From: Lama guanicoe
Taxonomy: Eukaryota
Length of the DNA: 64,000 nt
Reading direction: 5' to 3'
Assembly (NCBI GenBank): GCA_013239625.1
Contig: MU053758.1
Coordinates: 496,001 to 560,000 of the forward strand
In this document: positions 24,393 to 39,120 of the stretch, in pieces
Position numbering within the stretch: the stretch's first letter is position 1
Layout of the letters: each line of letters starts with the position of its first letter
The notes under the pieces: generated by a model
Database searches by the model: none
Told to the model about the DNA's origin: nothing
What the model saw: only the letters and a program-made list of their open reading frames with translations
Translations under genes and position numbers: made by a program

Positions 24393-26581
24393 CACCACCG
24401 TGAGGGGTTTTGCGAGCACAAGGACATCTCGGTCTGCAAGATCAGCCTCCATCTTTACCTACTGCAAAGCTGCCCTTGGACTTGAGAGTGAATAGGCCAG
24501 TGGCATACTCTTCTGTCTGGAGGGAAGAGTCATTAAAGAGGTCTACACAGGCTTTAGTCTCAGAAAAGAGGCTTGTACAGGTGTGGGCCATTTGGACAGC
24601 AAATTCCAGTGTCCTGGGGACCTGGGCCACAGTCTAGAAAGGAGGGGGTGTCCAGGCTCTGGGTGGAACTATCCTTCTGTCTCATAGATTCCTCACCTTG
24701 TGGGGAAGGGCCAGCTAAAAGAGCAGCAAAGGTGGGGGTCCTCTTGCCTGGGCCTAGTGTCAATACTGTAGATGAGTTGTGAAATTCAGAGTTGTTCCTT
24801 TTCAGAAAGGTTATATGCTGCAAACACTGAAGTGGATAATTCCCCTGGAGGGGCTGGGGGAACAGAACTTAAATATATTGACACTTTTGCAGCCAAACAC
24901 ATTAATATTCATTCTAGGTGGGTTAAATGAAGACTATATCGATTCCCTATAGTTGCCTCAATAAATTCCTCAGGTCACATCAAGTCAGAGTTTGCCACCA
25001 CATGAGTTTGTGCCAAACTTCAGAACATGCTTTGGGTTTTTCAGAACTTTTTGAGAAGCCCACTTAGCCTTGAACTAATTAATATAAGAGACCTATGCCG
25101 GGCAGATTAAAAGATATAGTCCCTACTCAGAAGGCGGTAGTCGGAATGGAGAGGTGAGATATTTAGAAGGTAGCATTAGAAGGAATTGGTGAGCAATGAG
25201 ATATATTGGGGTCGACGATAGAGAAGAAGATTCTAGAATGACTCTCAGAGCTCTATCTGGGGTGACTTGGTGAATGGTATTCACTGAGATTAGAACAGGA
25301 GGAGATTCAGGGTTTTAGGGGCCGATGGTGAAATACCAGTGGGGGCATTCAAGTAACAAGGTCCTCAATGGGAGGTCTCCGTGGTGGCCTGTCCAGCACT
25401 CCCCGCTAGGCTCCCCCTGGTGAGCCCCCCCCACCTCTGTGATTCTAATGGTGGTTGCTATGTTCACACAGACTCCACCACCCTAGCTACAGCTGATTGG
25501 TCAGGGATTGGAGGCCTGACCCAGAGTTTTGTTGTTTTTTTTTTAAGTGTGTTTGAATACTGAGGACAGGACTGATGATAAATCTGGGAATCACCCCATA
25601 TCAGTAGCAGTAAGACCCAAGAATGGACTAGACTTCCTGACAGCATTTTGTAACAAGAGAGGGTGTAGGGGGAGAAAGAAGTCTGAGGATGGAATCTATC
25701 AAAGGTTAAGGAGAGAAGCAGAGTTCACAACTGAAGTAAAAGGAACATTCAGAGAAGTAGGAAGAAAACCAGGAGAGAGTATGGCCCTATTTTGGATTCT
25801 ACACCCACTTCCAATGTGTGTATGTGTGTGTGATTTCCCCCACACGACCAAACAGTTCTCAGGGCACCAGCTGGGTGTCCCAGACTTCAGCTCAATTCTG
25901 ACACTACCTACACGGAGATAGCAAGAGATCCCACAGGTTAAGGGTTAAGACTGGGTCCCCTCCCCCAGCTGAGACACCAGCTGAAAGCCCAGGTTGTCGC
26001 TGTGCCTGTGACCAGCAGGCTGTACGTCAGAGGTTCACATGGCCCCCACTTTGGGTTCCGTTAATTTTCCAGAGTGGCTTATAGAACTCAGAGAAACATT
26101 TTACTTACTAGACTGTTACTGAATCCCCTTGACTTAGATAATGGTTTCTTATAAAAGGATGTATCTCAGGAATAGCCAGATGGAAGAGATGCCCAGGGGA
26201 AGGTGTGGGGGAAGGGCACGGAGCTTCCATGCCCTCTGTGAGCATGCCACTCTCCCCGAATCTCCCATGTCCACCAGCCTGGAAGCTCTCTGAACCCAAT
26301 CCTTTGGGGTTTTTATGGAGGCTTCATTGCGTAGGCATGCTTGATTAAGTCACCGGCCACTGGCAACTGAATTCAGTCTCAAGCCCGTCTCTCATCTCTG
26401 CAGGTTGGGGGATGGGACTGAAAGTTCCAATCCTCTAATCACATGCTTGACTCTGCTGGCAACCAGCCCCCAACTTTAAGTAAGGACCCCAAATCACCTC
26501 ACTAACATAACAAATGACCTCTTTATCACTCTCATCACAAGAAATTCCAAGGGTTTTAGGAGCTCTGTGCCAGAAGACCAA

Positions 26582-26786
<205 letters not shown>

Positions 26787-28084
26787 TGTATTTATTGTAT
26801 ATCACAATATCATTTAGAGTTGAGGAAACAGGAGCTGAGAGGCTAAGCTAAGAAGCTGGCTGATTCAGGACTCAAATCCAGGCCTTTTTTCTTTCTACTA
26901 CACCACTACCCAAAAAGTCCTGTGGGTTTTGATTATTCTGTGTTGTTGCTTTTCTAAAATGGACTTTAAGGGAGACAGTCAGTATGGACAACCTGTTATA
27001 TTTTCCGATTTCCTTCAGAGCCTGTGCCAGGTTTTGAACTGAAGGCTGCCTTTGCTCTGCCCTCCTGTTTTTGGTCAATATTCATATGTCTGCCTAGGAT
27101 TTGGTATTTTAGGCCTATGGGCCTGATCAGCATCAGGAGCACCAAGGGCCTCAAAACCACTCCAGACAAGGGCAAATAAAATGTTGAAGTGGAGTGAGGG
27201 TGGAGACCAGGCTGAGAGGACCACACGGGAGGGCATTCTTGGGACATCTGGAGCCACATCCCATCCCATTTGCTCAGAGACTTCAGTTTGATCCCATTTG
27301 TCATCTCCGCACACCTTCTTCTCAATGTCATAAGTCACAAAGATGAGTCATTAAGCTGATTTGCTTAATTTATCTTGTGAACACACTAATAAAAAGACTG
27401 TTACTGAATCCCCTTGACTTAGATAATGGGAGGGTGACAGAAGTTCCAGGAGAACCAATAATCCACTTTAATTAAATTAGATAATAGCCATTAGAGTTAG
27501 TAATTAGTGTCACTCGCCTGGTAATTGAGTGGTTGATGTGAAAAATGGCTCCAAGTTAGGATCTGTCTCAGAATGATTGTAGGAAGGATACAAATTTATA
27601 TGTCCCTTCACATTTATTGTGCATTTACTATGCATCAGGAAGTAGGATGTTGAGCAATAGAGTCAGAGCAGCGAGCAAGAAAGATGAGGTCCCTGTCCTT
27701 CTGGAACTTGTATTCTAGCAGTTTGGTTTCACAAGCCCACTAACTGGGGGCGTTTCTAACAGTTGAAAAATGGCTTTCCCTACTTCCTTTCTTAGTAAGA
27801 GAGACCACTCACCAGGATCCAGGCCCAATTGTCAGAAGAAAATAAGAAAAACATTTTCACATTTTGGTTCTCACTGCAGCCCTGCAAGGCAGGGTAACAT
27901 GGTAGAAAGGGCCAGATCTGGGTTCAGATGCCAGCTCTGCTACTTCCTACAGCTATTGCTCTCTGAGAGCCACAGAAAGTCTTCCAAACTCTCTCCTGAA
28001 GCTCTGGGATGATAACATACATCACATACGGCTTATAAATCCTTGGCATATCACACAACAGCTATTGCTAATGCTATTGCTATT

Positions 28085-28205
28085 GCTATTAGCTAATTTT
28101 TAAAGATGAGAAACTTGACACAGAGAGGTAAAGTAATTTGTCCAAGCTCACACAGCTGATAATCGGTAGAGCAGGAATTTGAACCCAAATCTGATGCCAA
28201 GCCAC
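28085..28205 (-). mobile_element. MIR SINE fragment
   Basis: AGATGAGAAACTTGACACAGAGAGGTAAAGTAATTTGTCCAAGCTCACACAGCT...GGAATTTGAACCCA. Confidence 0.75.
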
Positions 28206-29438
28206 CTCCTCTTTCTAATTTGGCACCCCTGTCTGGCGAGAGGCCCGGAAGGATTACCCATGGGTGGAGTGATGTGTTAGTTTATGGAGGGATGCAGACA
28301 TCGTTACTTGGGAAGTGCAGCCTGGGAGAACCAGGGGAGATGCGCGGTCTGGATAGGCAAGAACGCAGATGGTGGTCTGTGAACAAGTCCAGACAGATGG
28401 GTAGCAAGACCCAACCAGAGGAAACCAGGTTCAGGGTCTGCCTAGGTCGGCTCACCTGCAGCCAAACACTGCCCCCTGCCGGCCTCCCGAGGGACGGAGG
28501 CCGGCGGCTGGCTCAGCTCCCGGAGATGGCGGGCTGCCCACGACTGAAAGGAGCCCTGGGGACCGCGCCTCCTTTCTCCTAACAAAGCAAGGAGGGCCAG
28601 AGAAGTGGCGGCACCTCGCTACCCCTATGCCAGCCTGGGCCACTTAGGGTGACGTCGCATAGCTTCCCTCGCTGACAGAGCTTTTCACCAGAAGGGGCCA
28701 GAGCTAAAGATTTTCCCTGCTATGGACCCCCACCCCAGGCATCTCTGGCGCCTCTCCTTGCCACGCAGAACCCTCATCCCGATAGCGGGCCTAGCGGCTG
28801 CCCACCCAATCCTGCCTAGGGTGCCAGCCACCTGGGGTGGGCGGCGGAAGTCCTTAGGGTTGAGCCTGAGTCTCGCGTGAGGCATCTTAACCAACTCTCG
28901 ATCGGCTGAGGAGACACTGTGGTGGCTGCCACCAAATGCAGCCGCTTCTTGTCCCCCTCCTGGCATCCTCCTTGTGGCCCCGGATTCTGGTCCGCAGGGG
29001 TTAATCTTGTGGAGGGAGAGAACTGACCCTCTTCAGGCTGCAACTTGACAGGTGTGGGTGTGGGGTTCTCCACACTTCATCCCATCCCTTCCCTCCCTGC
29101 TCTCCAGTTTCTTTGGCCACAGCTGCTAAACAATGAGTTAAACGTTTCAGGATTCTCAGCTTTTAGTACCGATATAGCTCTGCACCTCCATTTGCTCTCT
29201 GCAAAGTGAAGTGAGTTAAATGCTCTAAGAACAGAAGTAAACAGCATGTCTTAACATAGTCATGTGCATTTCTCCATCTAAGAGAAACCCTTGGGGGAGC
29301 AATCTGCAGGAGACCTTGTCTGCAAGGCAGCCAAACATCGGACACAGCCAGGGAACCAGCTGGAGATATGACATATGGCCCCATAATAATGTGAAGTTGG
29401 TAAAACAACAGAGAAGGAGCTCAGTAGCATCTGGGGGC

Positions 29439-29439
<1 letters not shown>

Positions 29440-29477
<38 letters not shown>
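29440..29477. repeat. (TG)n microsatellite
   Basis: Seen directly. Confidence 0.95.
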
Positions 29478-29478
<1 letters not shown>

Positions 29479-30062
29479 GGGAGGGGTCCTTTGTCGTATT
29501 CTTCCCAAGTCAAGAATTCCCATTTGGAACAGAAGAGATCTGACTCAACTAACATTCCTGTGGAAAAGGAGAGCGTGTTGGGGGAGTTTCTGACTGAGCT
29601 GACCTCGTGCTCAGGGTGAGAGAGCCTGCAGCCCAGTTCCCTGCGGGTGGCTGAAGGTGGCTGAGCCTGACTGAGTAAGCAGCACTCATATTAAAACTGG
29701 ATAAAGAACTTTCCAGTGCATCCTTAGGTCATCTGAACACTACTCTGACTGTAAGTTGGGCTGGGGAGTTACTACCATGCTTTTTTTTTTTTTTTCAGAA
29801 AAGGACTTGGAATTGGAAGCTCAGAGAGGTGAAGAGATTAACTTGATGAAAAGATGGGTTTGGAATGCAGGTTTTTGATTCTTTCCAACCCAGTGTCTTG
29901 GCGGGGGGGTGCTCTCTTAATAAAGTGTGACCTGCAAATCCAGAGGGGAGATGGCTTTGCACTACAGTATAGAGCTCTGTAACTTTTTTTTTTTTTTTGG
30001 CCATTTTTGTTTAGCATTGTTTCTTTTTCTTTCTTCCTTTTCTTCTTCTTTCTTTCTTTGGC

Positions 30063-30188
30063 TGTGGGGGAGGGTGGTAATTAAGTTTTTTTTATTTATT
30101 TATTTTTAGTGAAAGTACTGGGGATTGAACCCAGGACCTCCTGCATGCTAAGCATGGACTCTACAACTGAGTTATTTCCCTTCCCCCT
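30063..30188 (-). mobile_element. Vic-1-like SINE
   Basis: GGTAATTAAG tail plus GTACTGGGGATTGAACCCAGGACCTCCTGCATGCTAAGCATG. Confidence 0.85.
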
Positions 30189-30482
30189 CTTTTGCACTCT
30201 TGAGCACTGCATTTTGACAAGGACACCATCAGATTCTTCTCATTACCAATTAGGTCTCCACTCAGTGTCACCTCAGAGAGGTCTTCCTTGACCTGTCTAA
30301 TATTGTCTCCTTTCCCAATGATATTCTTTCACGTTTAGGGCACCACCATCTGAAAATGTCTTGTTCGTTTCTGTGTCTCCCCCATGAGAATGCAACGCCT
30401 TGTCATGTTTCCCTCCATGGCCCTGGGCCCAGCGCATGCCAGGTGTTCCATTACGATGTTTGAACAAATGAACGAACAAGAG

Positions 30483-31885
30483 CAGTGGTTTTCAAAGTCT
30501 GGTTCACAGATTCCTGGGGGACTCTAGACCCTTTCAGGGGGCCCGCAAAATCAAACACTAAGTCATAGTTTGTCTTTCACTCAAATTGATGTTAACATCA
30601 TTTATATTGATGGGTGAAGCTGCCGTCCACCAAATTATACTGGAAGTTCTTCACCACCACACACTGACAGTAAGAACAAGACAAAATAAAAGCCAGCTTC
30701 ACTTCTGAATGTACTTGATGAGGCAATATAAATGATTCATTTTTATTAAAACTCAATCCTTGAGCATATAAAATAAGAAGTAGTCATAAAGTACTTTTGC
30801 ACATAGGACAGTGGTTGTCTTGAGAAAAAGCACTTGTTTGAGTTGTGAGCTAAATTAGCTGCCTTTATTTTTTTTTCTAATGGAACCATTTTCCTTGAAA
30901 GAGTGCCTGACAGAAAAAAATCTATGTTAATTCAGACTTGGGTATTGGCAGGCAGTTTTTAAAAACAGAGCTTTCCCTTTCATGGAAAACCACTGCCAGT
31001 TTTCATTGCTAATTATGAAATTCAAGTTTTAAGACAAATATTGGAATTTGGGAAAACATATCTATCACTGAGAGTCTGACAGCTTTCCAAAACCTGCAGA
31101 CTGTTCTGATGAGCTTGGTGTTGACATTAATAAATGTGAAATTTTGGTGTTGAATCATGAAATGTGTCAACATTTGGAAGAGCTGTATAACTTGGTGAAA
31201 CAAATATTTTCCAAATGACCAACACACAATGTTCCAGAATCACGCATGGATGAAAGATCAGTTCAAAGCACATTACAGACCAATGGATTTTAATGTAATG
31301 GAATGAAAAGTTCATTGATATGGTTTCAGATTTCTCAATGCAACTAACCTTCAAGACACTACCACTTGCCCAGTTTTGATATGGTATCTAAGAAAAATGT
31401 CTACAATTACTTGAAAACACTAAAAAATACTCCTCCCTTTCCCAACTATGTATCTGTGTGAAATCAGACTTATTTTTTCTTATGTCAACCCAAACAATAT
31501 GTCCCAACAAACTGAACGTAGAAGCAGGTATGAGAATCTGCCCGTCTTCTATTAAGCCAGACATTACGGAGATTTGCCAAAATGCAAAAACAATGCCACT
31601 CTTACTGCTATTTCTTAAATTTGGAAAATATAGTTATTTTTCCTAAACTGTTACTTATGTTAACATGTATATGGTTTATTAATGCTATTTTAAATAAATT
31701 AACAAATAAGTATTTTAAACATTTCTCAGTTTTAATTTATAACACGGTGAATATCAATGGATATTTAATATAAACACATAAACAAAAACAAAACCCATAA
31801 ACAAAAACCCAAAAAGCTCTTTGATCCTCAATAATTGTTAAGAAGGTAGAGGGGATTTTGAGACCAGAATATGTGAGACCCACTG
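30483..31885. mobile_element. hAT-Charlie DNA transposon (Charlie1a-like), ~1.4 kb, both ends present
   Basis: TIR-like ends CAGTGGTTTTCAAA and TGAGACCCACTG. Degenerate 8-bp TSD AACAAGAG/ATCTAGAG fits the hAT NTCTAGAN target preference. Confidence 0.85.
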
Positions 31886-31917
31886 ATCTAGAGATGAGAA
31901 TATCAGCTTTTCTGTCT

Positions 31918-33500
31918 CTTTTTTTTCTTATTCAGATATAATTCACATACCATACAATTCACCATTTTAAAGTGTAAAGTTCAGTGGATTTTTAGTATAT
32001 TCACAAGGTTGGTCAACCATCACCCACTATCTGATTCCAAAACATCTTCATCAGCCCCCCAAAGAACCCTGTACCAGTAGCAGTCACCCCTCCATTGCTG
32101 CCTCTCCATACCCTCCCTGGAAACCACAAATCTCAATGGATTTGCCTATCTTGTCAATTAATATAAATAAAATCACACAGTATGCGCCTTTTGGTGCCTG
32201 GCTTCTTTCACTCAGCATTCTTTCACATCTTTCAAGGTTCATCCATGGGGTAGTGGTATCCGCACTTTATTCCTTTTTATGATAGACTTATACCCCATTG
32301 CATGATGTATCACATTTTGTTTATCCATTCATCAGTTGATAGACATTTGGGTTGTTCCCACTTTCTGGCTAACAATACTGCTATTAATATTCATGTACAA
32401 GTTTTTATATAAATCTATGTTTTCAATTCTCTTGGACATATACCTAGGCGTGGAATCCCTGGATCTTATAGTAAATTTTTGAGAACATGCCAAACTGTTT
32501 TCCACAGTAGTTCCATCATTTTGTATTTCCACTAGCAATATATGAGGGTTCCAATTTCTTTACATCCTTGGTAGTACTTGTTGTCTTTTTTTAATTAAAA
32601 AAATTTTTTTTTATCTTGGGGGAAGGTAATTAGGCTTATTTGTTTATTTATTTTAATGGAGGTACTGGGGACTGAACCCAGGACCTCGTGCATACTAAAC
32701 ATGCGCTCTGCCACTGAGCTATTCCCTACCCCACCATTGTTGTCTTTTTGATTATAACTGTGCTAGTGGGTTTGAAGAGATATCTCATTGTGGTTTTGAC
32801 TTGCATTTCCGTAGTGACTAATGATACTGAGTATCTTTTGATATGCTTATTGGCCATTTGTATACCCTCTATGAGAAATGTCTATTCCAATCACTGGCCC
32901 AATTTTAAATTAGGTTATTTATCTTTTTATTGTTGAATTGTAAGAGTTCTTCATAATTCTAGATACAAGACCTGTATCAGAGCTATGATTTGCAAATATT
33001 TTCTTCCATTCTCTGGCTTGTCCTGTAAATTTTTTGATAGTGCCTTGGCCCACAAAAGTTTTTAATTTTGATTAAGCTCAATTTATCTATTTTTCCCTCT
33101 TGTGCATTTGGTGTCATATCTAAGAAACCATTGCCTACTGCAAAAAAAAAAAATTACACTTAATGTTTTCTTCCAGAAGTTTGTAGTTTTAGCTCTTATA
33201 TTTAGGTCTTTGACCCATACTGAGTTAGTTTTTGTAGATGATGGTGGTAGGGGGTCCTAATTCATTCTTTTGCACATGGATATCCACTTGTCCCAGCACC
33301 ATTGTTGAAAAAAATATTCTTTCCTCATTAGATAGTCTTGACACCTTGACTATAGATATATGGGTTTATTTCTGGACTCTCAATTCTATTCCACTGACCT
33401 TTACATCTATCTTTATGCCAGTACCACACTGCCTTGACTGAAATTGAGAAGTGTGAATCCTCCAACTTTGTTCTTTTTCAAGATTGTTTTGGTTAGACAA
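31918..33500 (-). mobile_element. L1MB-like 3' fragment with nested SINE
   Basis: TTCACATACCATACAATTCACCATTTTAAAGTGTA...GTTGATAGACATTTGGGTTGTTCCCAC...TTCAAGATTGTTTTGG. Confidence 0.9.
32591..32736 (-). mobile_element. Vic-1-like SINE with 13-bp TSD
   Basis: TTGTTGTCTTTTT at 32578-32590 and 32737-32749 flank the SINE. Confidence 0.9.
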
Positions 33501-33744
33501 TCTTAGCTTTAATATTAACTCTTTTTTTCATTCTAGGTGGTAAATGTATAGCTGTTTGTTATATTATTCTCTTTACCTTTCTGTATTAGATTTTTTGTAC
33601 TAATAAAAAGGGTGACAGCTAAATGTGGGTGATGATTAAGTTATGTAAAAGAGTTAAATGTGAAACACTTATAAGAGTATCTGGCACCCTCTATATGATT
33701 AGCTGTTGTTGTTGTTACTCTCTTAAGTGAAATTTTAGAGAAGC

Positions 33745-33900
33745 ATCTTTTGAGGTTGGAATATCAGGATTCAAATACTGGTCCTGCCACTCCCTAAAGG
33801 TGTGACCTTGGCTAATTATGAAATCTTACTATACCCTAATCTGTAGAATGTGGATAATAACCTTAGTCTCATAGGGTTGTTGTGATAATTAAAAGAGATA
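33745..33900 (+). mobile_element. MIR SINE fragment
   Basis: GGATTCAAATACTGGTCCTGCCACT...TGTGACCTTGG...CTCATAGGGTTGTTGTGA. Confidence 0.7.
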
Positions 33901-35929
33901 CAGACAAAATGAAATGATATAACAGATAACAGGAGATTCTTGAACCCAATAGGCCCTAAACTATCATTTGCCTTCCTACAGTTCTGCAGGGAATGATCAA
34001 ACTGGTAAAAAACAACAACAACAACAACAAAACTTGGGACTCATTCCACATGAAGGACATGAAGGAAATGGAGCACAAAGCTGTTTTTGAATATCCAAAG
34101 CCAGATGTGGAAGAAAATGTCTTTTCTTTGTACTCTAGAGAAACCCAGGACTCCTGAAATTAAGGAAGTCATTGTTCCTTAACCCCTTTCTTCCCCAACC
34201 CCAGCCCTCTGGGAACTTCCGTGATGCTCAAGTGGTCATACAGACCAGCACCTGCCAATTTGTAATTATAATTATTTAGGTCTCAGATGCTCCCACTGGG
34301 TGGTCCCTTTTCAGAAATATTTACAAAGTGATTACAATGTTCCTGACATTATATATGTTAGATCTTGGGGTTCATGAGTGAGTAAGATGCTGCACCAGTT
34401 CTCCAGAAGGTCACAGCCCAGTTAAAACCAATTGGTGAAAGTTTGAGGGAGCTAGACAGCCAATTGTTATCTCTCCTAATTCCTCCTTAGTTTTGGAACC
34501 AATACAGCAGCTGCTTCTCCACCATAAATCGCTAGACTCAAAGGGAACGTTTCAGAGCAAGCGGTCACTGGCACAGAGGTCTTTGGGCCTGGAAATACGT
34601 GGCTTTCTGAGCGTGGAGCACCCTCTAGTGTCTGTTCAGGGTAAGGCGACTTCAATGGGAAACTTCAAAGATCCCTATTTAACTGCCAATAGTTTCTTAG
34701 TTTGGTGCAATTTATGGTTAAGCTGCTTTGTGGTCTCCACTGCAAGACAGCTTAAAAATAATAAATAGCAGAGTTGCCAACATTTTTTGAGCACTTACTG
34801 TGTCCCAAGCCTGTGTTAATTGTCTTACCTGGTTACCCATGAAGCAGATACCACTACACTACTATTACTATCAAAAATGTCATCTCAGGTCCAAATTAAA
34901 TTCTTCATGCTATGGCCATACCTCTCCCTTTTTGGAGATAAAGGATTGAGGTTTCTTCTTTTTGTGACAGAACCTGTGATTAAAAACAATAAGTTTATTT
35001 TTAAAATCTAATTTGCTTATCCAATCATGTTTTTTTGTTTTCCCCAAAACTTGAGAGATTGGAGTTAGCTTTCTCTATAAAGGTACACTGAAAGATGATA
35101 AACATTAACTAGTCCCAATTTGTATTTGAGTTTCAGAGAAGTTAAGTAACTTGTCCCAGTTCACATAGCTAATATATTAGAGGAAGAGCTGGGATTTGAA
35201 CACAGGGCAGTCTAACTTCAGGACAGCAAGCTTTCAACCACTACATTGTTGAAATACCCCTTCAGCAGCCAGGGCTGAGAGCCCACAGATACAGTGTTTG
35301 TGGTGCTAATGAAAACTGGTTAGGGCAAGAGTGTGTGTTGAGTTGTATTGTAGGAGCTGCTACATTTTAGAGATATTTGAGTTCCATAGTTGGAGGCCCC
35401 ATGACAATGAGTTGGATGGTGGGTCCTTGGTGCTTGCAGCTGATCAATTACACTGAGGGCATATGAGTTGCAGTATGAGATACTGGGCTAGCTCTCAAAA
35501 CAACCCTTAGATGCTTCTTCTTATCTTCACATAGTAGAATGAAGAAACTGAAGTTCAGGTTGGTCCACAGACAGTAAAGAGCTGAGATGCAAATCAGGTA
35601 GCAAAAATTATAATTAATAGTTACTGAAGTCTTACCACGTGACAGGCACTATGTTAAGCTATTTCCATATATTATCTCATATAATTAACTCAAAGAATTA
35701 TAAGCTGAGTTCTAAAGTTAAGGAGAGATTAAGGTGCCTACGGTTACACAGTGAGTGCAGAGCCATGAGTCAAACTTTGGTCTCCAAAGACCCTAGTCTT
35801 CGTCACTCTAAGATCTAACAAGAGAATGTCTGACCTTTTCCTGGGTCACAGAAGCAAAGTGAATTTAAAAACACACACAAAAAATCATAGCCATAAAGAT
35901 TCAGAATGGTGTGGTGGTTAGTACTCAAT

Positions 35930-36500
35930 AAGCATTGACTCGGTCTAGCTATTTCTAGACCATGTATCTCCTGCTATGTGATGAATCACCCACAAGTTTG
36001 GCGTAGCCATCGACGTCTCCTTGCTAACATAGAAATGGCATCTAGACGACAGAGCCAAACCTGGTCCTGTAGCATATCCCTCCTGAAGGAGGCAGCAGCC
36101 TCCCCTGTCCTCAGTCCCTGGCCAAATACCATAGTGCTGGGGCAGGTCATTCCTCCCCCAGATCCCTTGGCTACTTGGGGAGCCCCTTGGGATCAGTTGA
36201 GTGAGCAGTAAAGGGAGTTCATATGCTTTAAGGATGAAGAACCACTGTCACAGCTGATGCAGCTTGCTCTCTGTCTGTGCCTTCTGTCCCTTAAAGAACA
36301 GGACCTGAGGGTCCACACAATTTGCCAAATGTCAGCAGTTGTCTTAGCAATAAAGGATGCCTTGGCCAACAATTGGCCCCTTTGCACATTTTTTCAGATG
36401 TTTAGGCTATAGTCAATGGTCTAGCCATTTGATCCAACCAATGGCAGCAACAACTCCTTATTCAAGGTCATTCTGTTTGGGGTAAAGAATTCTGGGAATG
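35930..36500 (+). mobile_element. ERVL-class internal (pol tether/RNase H) remnant
   Basis: DPLATWGAPWDQLSEQ and HIFSDV*AIVNGLAI*SNQW...WGKEFW resemble ERVL pol motifs (WGVPYDQL; YTDSWAVANGLA.WS..W..WG..MW). Confidence 0.7.
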
Positions 36501-36879
36501 TCCTTGCTTCACAGATACTGAAGAATATAAATCAAGGTCAGACATGTCTCTGCACATACTAAAGTCACAATACAAGTCCTCACTAAGGCACTCTTTATCC
36601 TTTTTAGAGTTCCTGACATTGAGAATGACCAAGGCATTCATTTCACTCCTAAAAATATATAACACTGCACTCTTGAACAAAGCATGCAATAGAGCTTTCA
36701 CCTCTGTTACTGGCTTCAGGCTGTAGGTCTCATGGAGGACCATAAAGACTTACTTAAACAAGTTCAATTTTAATTAAATGAAATGACACATTTTAGTTAC
36801 CAGTCAAACAATAGGGGTGAATTATAATAGTGTCCAGGTGTATTAATGGCTTGATCATCTTTTCGTATGATTATTGGCT

Positions 36880-39120
36880 CATAATCTGAGCAATAAAATA
36901 ATTCTCAATAAATTTAAAATGATTAAAATGTACAAAGTATGTTTTTTGAGAAAAACAGAATTAAACCAAAAATCAATAACCACAGATCTGACAAATCATC
37001 AAAATTTCTGGGAAATAAGCACCACACTTCTAAATAACCCACAGATCCTATGAGAAATCACAAAGGACATTAGAAAATATTTTGAATGAATGAAATTGAA
37101 TACAATTTACCACAATGTGTGGATGCAGCTAAGGCAGTGCTTACAGGGAAATTATAGCATTAAATACTTATATTAGAAAAGAAGAAAGATCTAATAGCAA
37201 TACTCTAAGCTTGTACCTTAAGAAATTAGAAAAAAATAAAAGAGCAAATTAAACCCAAAGCAAGCAGAAGGAAGGAAATAATAAAGGTGAGAGTGGAAAT
37301 CAATAAAACAGAAAATGTATAAACAATAGATAAAAATCAAACACTATTAAAAAAGATCAATCAAGAGGGGAAGGTACAACTCAGTGGCAGATCGCATGCT
37401 TAGCATGCACGAGGTCCTGGGTTCAATCCCCAGCACCTCCATGAAAGTATATAAGTAAATAAATAAACCTAATTACATCCTCCCTAAAAAATCAATGAAA
37501 CTGATCAACCTCTAGGCAGACTGATCAGGGAGAAAGAAAACCTGAGAAGGCACAAATTACCACGATCAGGAGTGAACAAGGGAACATCCCTACAGATCCT
37601 ACAGACATTAAAAGAGTACTAGGGAACATTAGAAACAACTTTATGCCAATACATTCAACAACACAGAATACTTTAGTAAATTCCTTGAAAGACACAAACG
37701 TTCAAAGCTCACTCAAGAAGAAATATATAACCTGAATTGTCCTATGTTCATAAAGAAATTAAACTTGTGATTTAAAAAGAAAGAAATCTTCCCACAAAGA
37801 AAACTACAGGCCTATATGGCCCCAGTGGTGAATTCTACCAAACATTTAGGGAAGAATACCAATTCTGCACAACCTTTTCCAGAAAATAGAAGAGGGGGCA
37901 ATACTTCTCAACTTATTTTGTGAGGCCAGCATTACCCTGATATCAAAACGAGAAAAAAATATTTAAAAAACCAAAAAAGCAAAACAAAACACAAAACCTG
38001 TGAATTTAGATACAAAATCCTTAATATGTAAGCAAATGAAATGCAGCAGTAAATCAAAAGGCTCATTCATCAAGATCAAGTGGGATTCATCCTGGGAATG
38101 CAAGGCTGGTTTAACATTTGAAAACTCAATGTAATGCAATTCACTATACCAAAAAACTAGAAAAAGAGGCATAAAGCCACTTGATGAAATTTACCATTCA
38201 TTCATGACAAAAACTCTCAGCAAACTAGTAATAGAAGGGAACTTCCTTAACCTGATAAAGAGCAACTAAGAAAAACTTACATCTAGCATTATACATAACA
38301 GTGAAAGATTGAATGTTTTCCCCCTAAGATCTGGAAAACACAAGGTTATCTGATCTCACTGTTAACATTGTACTAGAGGTCCTGTGCAGTGAAGTAAGCA
38401 AGAGAAATGAATAAGAGGCATATAGATTGGAAATAAAACTGTCTTTGTTCACAGATGCAATGATCATCTATGGTGAAAAGGTTAAGGAATCTACTGAAAA
38501 AATGTACTTGAACTAATAAGAGTTATTAACAAGGTCACAGGGTATAAATGAACTATAAACCAACCATATGACCCAGCAATCACACTCTTAAGTATTTTAC
38601 CAAGAGAAATGAAAACATCTGTCCACACGAAGATTTGTAGTGAATGTTTATGGCAGCTTTATTCATAATAGCCCCAAACTGGAAACAACCCTAGTGTCTA
38701 ACATTTGGCAAATTGATAAATAAATTGTGATATATCCATAAAAAGGAACAAATATACTCAGTGATAAAAGGAAACCATTAACTGAAACATACAATATGAA
38801 TTAATCTCAGAATTTGTATGCTAGATGAGAGAAGCCAGACAACAATGCTACATTCTAAATAATTACATTTACATGAAATTTTAGAAAAATCAAGTTAATA
38901 GTGACAACAAGATCACAGATCAATGGTTACTTGGGAATGGGTGAGGAGCAGATTGACTGCAAAAGGCTACCAGGAAACTTTTTGTGGTGATAGAAATGTC
39001 CTATGATTGGGAATAGTAGTTACATGGCTATTATACATTTGTTAAAAATCACTGGATTATATACTTTAAAATAGTGTATTTTATTATATATAAATTATAT
39101 TTCAATAAAGCTGACAAAAA
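36880..39120 (+). mobile_element. L1 ORF2 plus 3'UTR fragments (deleted, old)
   Basis: GCAGCTAAGGCAGTGCTTACAGGGAAA, GATCAAGTGGGATTCATCCTGGGAATGCAAGGCTGGTTTAACAT, and 3' end TTCAATAAAGCTG. Confidence 0.92.
37364..37486 (+). mobile_element. Vic-1-like SINE nested in L1
   Basis: CTCAGTGGCAGATCGCATGCTTAGCATGCACGAGGTCCTGGGTTCAATCCCCAGCACCTCC...AAATAAACCTAATTAC; tRNA A and B boxes visible. Confidence 0.9.

Noticed and set aside
24442..24630. RTLEFAVQM resembling the CCS copper chaperone N-terminus
   Set aside because: Similarity stops at once (no MxCxxC motif) and there are no processed-pseudogene hallmarks.
37364..37440. tRNA-like sequence
   Set aside because: It is the head of a repeated SINE with an A-rich tail, not a tRNA gene.
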